Source: Podarcis cretensis
Taxonomy: Eukaryota
Assembly (NCBI GenBank): GCA_951804945.1
Contig: OX638157.1
Span: 48,298,001-48,362,000 of the forward strand
Length of the DNA: 64,000 nucleotides
Direction of reading: 5' to 3'
In this document: piece after piece, positions 61,213 through 64,000 of the stretch
How positions within the stretch are numbered: the first letter of the stretch is position 1
Layout of the letters: each line of letters opens with the position of its first letter
Notes under the pieces: model-generated
Databases searched by the model: none
Seen by the model: the letters and a program-made list of their open reading frames with translations, nothing else
What the model was told of the DNA's origin: nothing
Program-made: the position numbers and the translations under genes

Positions 61213-61665
61213 TTTTACAATCATTTTTATTTGATTTTACAAATATAAATTTATAACAATACCAAATAAATATCCATATAAAGAGATTTCTCTGCATCTT
61301 GAGACTTGCCCCCGTCCCCTCCATGGGTCCTAATGTCAACAGTTTCAACTGCATATTATTTCATAATCTATATTTTATATCTATCCATATTGTCCATAGC
61401 ATTTGTTACATTACAAGTGAAATTAAAATCTGGCTAATGTTTTCATTTTCTTACAGTGGTCTCCCAAATAAATTATAATTTTTTCCCATTCCCTCTTGAA
61501 GTTTTTGTCTTCTTGGTCCCTGAGCTTTCTGGTCAGTTTTGCCATTTCGGCATAGTCTAATAGCTTCGTTTGCCATTTCTCTCTGGTAGGGACTTTTTTC
61601 TTTCCATCTCTGGGCTAGTAGCGTCTGTGCTGCTGTTGTCGCATACATTGTCCCCTTCATATCTC
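61213..61665 (-). mobile_element. L1-clade LINE 3' fragment (ORF2 C-terminus plus 3' UTR, frameshifted)
   Basis: MYATTAAQTLLAQRWKEK, then in a shifted frame EKWQTKLLDYAEMAKLTRKLRDQEDKNFKREWEKIIIYL, followed by a 3' UTR ending AATAAAAA on the minus strand. Confidence 0.7.
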
Positions 61666-63108
61666 ACTTCTACTTCAGGAGAAAGAGAAGCTGGATGACC
61701 TTAGTGTCCTTGATACTAATCTCTGCCCCAGCAGGGAGAATCTTGGAAGATGAGGGTGGTGTTTGTGTGTATACAGTACAAGAAAATGTGTGGTCCCTGA
61801 GCATCCACCCAAGGCTGCATGCAGTCCTCAGGGGAAGGCAATCAGGTTGCCTACCCCCTGTTTTACACATGAAAATCACAAGTGTGCTAATTATTAACTT
61901 CTAAAGCAATTTCAAAGTGCTTTTCAACATGTGCCTCTTGCTTTAGCAGCCATCAGATGAACACAAGGCATTTCTTTCTTTCTTTTGCAACATCTTATGC
62001 TTTATTTAGATCTTCCGAATAAGTAACATCTGTTCCTGCTGATGGAAAATATCCTATTGGTCACAGAGGGATCGCAGTCACATGTTACCCCGGGAAAAGC
62101 CTGTGTGTGAATCAACAGTCAGATAGACTCATCACTCTGCACCTAATAGATATATACCGAAATGAAGCCAAGGCATTCCTGTCCAAAGTGGGAGGTAACA
62201 ACTTGCTCTCCAGTGGATGACAGAATCAGACAGCTTGCGGGGGGAGTGGGGGAGGAAGAAAAGAAAAGCCTCCATAACTTCTTAAAGCCAGGACTCTTCC
62301 CGCTCCCCACTCCACATGCAAACATTGTTTATTGTTAGCTCAGATTCATCATTGCTTTATTATATATTACAGCTTTACAAATGATGACTAAAACAGGAGG
62401 CCCATCCCAAATGTGTGGGACAGTTTTAGGCACTTACGGGCTAGATTTAAAACAGAGCTGAGTTTATTTATTAGATGCATCATTGGATGAGCTTTTAATC
62501 TGAAGCATCAGTAGCTTCCTACAAAGAGCAGATGGGGAGTTTTACTCTTAGTTTTCAGAGTTGTTTGTTTTTATTCTCCTCTAGTGTGTTAGCCGGGATG
62601 TGCCAAAAAAAGAAAGAGGCAAACAACAATGGGTGGGTAGGTCTGTTGCTATAGGAAATTTTGTTTCAGGGGTGCAACTGAAATCCTGCCTCTAAAAAAG
62701 AAGGGTTCCACACCGAGAAAGTAATAACTAAGCTAAAATCATACATCTTTAGGTAGCACTTTTGTGTCTGTGTTTGCATTAACCAGCTTATCATATATAT
62801 TTTTCTGCAACAGATGCTGGTGCAATTTGTATCCACTCCATGACTATGAAAAGGCAGATGTTCACCACAGGCCACACTTAATCATTCAGTGGTGCAGGTG
62901 GCTAAACAATATGCCATGCAGCAAATAAAAGACAACCCATGGCAGTGCACCAGATCTCTTTCTCCAAAGGCAGATTGGAAGTGCTCTGGGGAAGGACCTG
63001 AAGAAGCCTTAGGTTCAAAGGATCCAGTGTTTTCCCAGTCCCCTGACATCCCCACAAACTCTGGAGTTGGCATATTTGTCTCCCATTGTTTCCAATAGGA
63101 GGGGAATT

Positions 63109-63561
63109 TTGTTGTTGTCGTTGTTTAGTCGTTTAGTCGTGTCCGACTATTCGTGACCCCATGGACCAGAGCACGCCAGGCCCTCCTGTCTTCCACTGCC
63201 TCCCGCAGCTTGGTCAAACTCATGTTCGTAGCTTCAAGAACACTGTCCAACCATCTTGTCCTCTGTCATCCCCTTCTCCTTGTGCCCTCCATCTTTCCCA
63301 ACATCAGGGTCTTTTCCAGGGAGTCTTCTCTTCTCATGAGGTGGTCAAAGTATTGGAGCCTCAGCTTCAGGATATGTCCTTCCAGTGAGCACTCAGGGCT
63401 GATTTCCTTCAGAATGGATAGGTTTGATCTTCTTGCAGTCCATGGGACTCTCAAGAGTCTCCTCCAGCACCATAATTCAAAAGCATCAATTCCTTGGTGG
63501 TCAGCCTTCTTTATGGTCCAGCTCTCACTTCCATACATCACTACTGGGAAAACCATAGCTT
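63109..63561 (-). mobile_element. RTE/BovB LINE, 5'-truncated 3' fragment
   Basis: ORF MVFPVVMYGSESWTIKKAD...IDAFELWCWRRLLRVPWTARRSNLSILKEISPECSLEG...LKLRLQYFDHLMRREDSLEKTLMLGK is the typical BovB ORF C-terminus; tail reads ACGACTAAACGACTAAAC(AAC)n. Confidence 0.95.
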
Positions 63562-64000
63562 AATTTAAAATTCTGCTCTCACTTCTGTTCTGCTGGGAAG
63601 TGTAGATGAAACCACTTTAAAATCTCCTCTGGTTCCCCAAAGCCTTAAGATGTAGGTTTTCATGTATTTGATCCCATTGCTTGAGCAGGAGTACAACATT
63701 CCATGAACCTTTGGAATTCACTTTCCTTAGAATGAGAGCAATGAGACTGAACACCTTCAGCCAGGCAGTTCTTTGGCTCAGTGTGCTGACCATGTCATGA
63801 GTCTTAACAGCAAAGCTCTGCAGGCTGTACCTTTGTATTAACACACTGTATTGATTTTATATATGGGAACTAGGGCTGATTCCCCTGCTCCTGTTGCTTG
63901 CCTACCCTGCACCGCATTGCCAACTCACCTCATCCTTTTACATCTCACCCAACCCCGCCCCTTCCCCTCACAGTTCCTTCACACCCCTCATCCCCTACTG

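Overview
Vertebrate genomic DNA from a squamate reptile, probably a lacertid lizard (inferred from Sauria SINE, BovB and squamate-type MITEs). The only protein-coding gene is HAND2 (bHLH transcription factor) on the minus strand, with two coding exons (13091-12510 and 8749-8651; 226 aa; 3,760-bp GT-AG intron). It has a TATA/CCAAT promoter near 13.8 kb, a leader of about 690 nt with four uORFs, and a 3' UTR with miR-1 and miR-25/92 seed sites and AATAAA at 7948-7953. The first ~29 kb looks CpG-rich by eye and holds candidate regulatory elements: a probable homologue of the Dlx-dependent branchial-arch enhancer at ~25.0 kb, and possible first exons of a divergent HAND2-AS1/Upperhand-like lncRNA. 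From ~29 to 64 kb the sequence is a CpG-poor gene desert with many small transposon relics (hAT, Tc1/mariner and palindromic MITEs; SINEs; CR1, L2, L1 and BovB 3' fragments), microsatellites, and repeat-free, motif-dense stretches that may be distal enhancers. There are two assembly gaps. I see no convincing new protein-coding or multi-gene system. The most interesting signals are regulatory or structural: HAND2 N-terminal micro-insertions, leader uORFs, two long palindromes, a T-box/PBX-HOX/MEIS composite site, and nested TEs. Repeat family names and comparisons with mammalian HAND2 come from memory, not from database searches.
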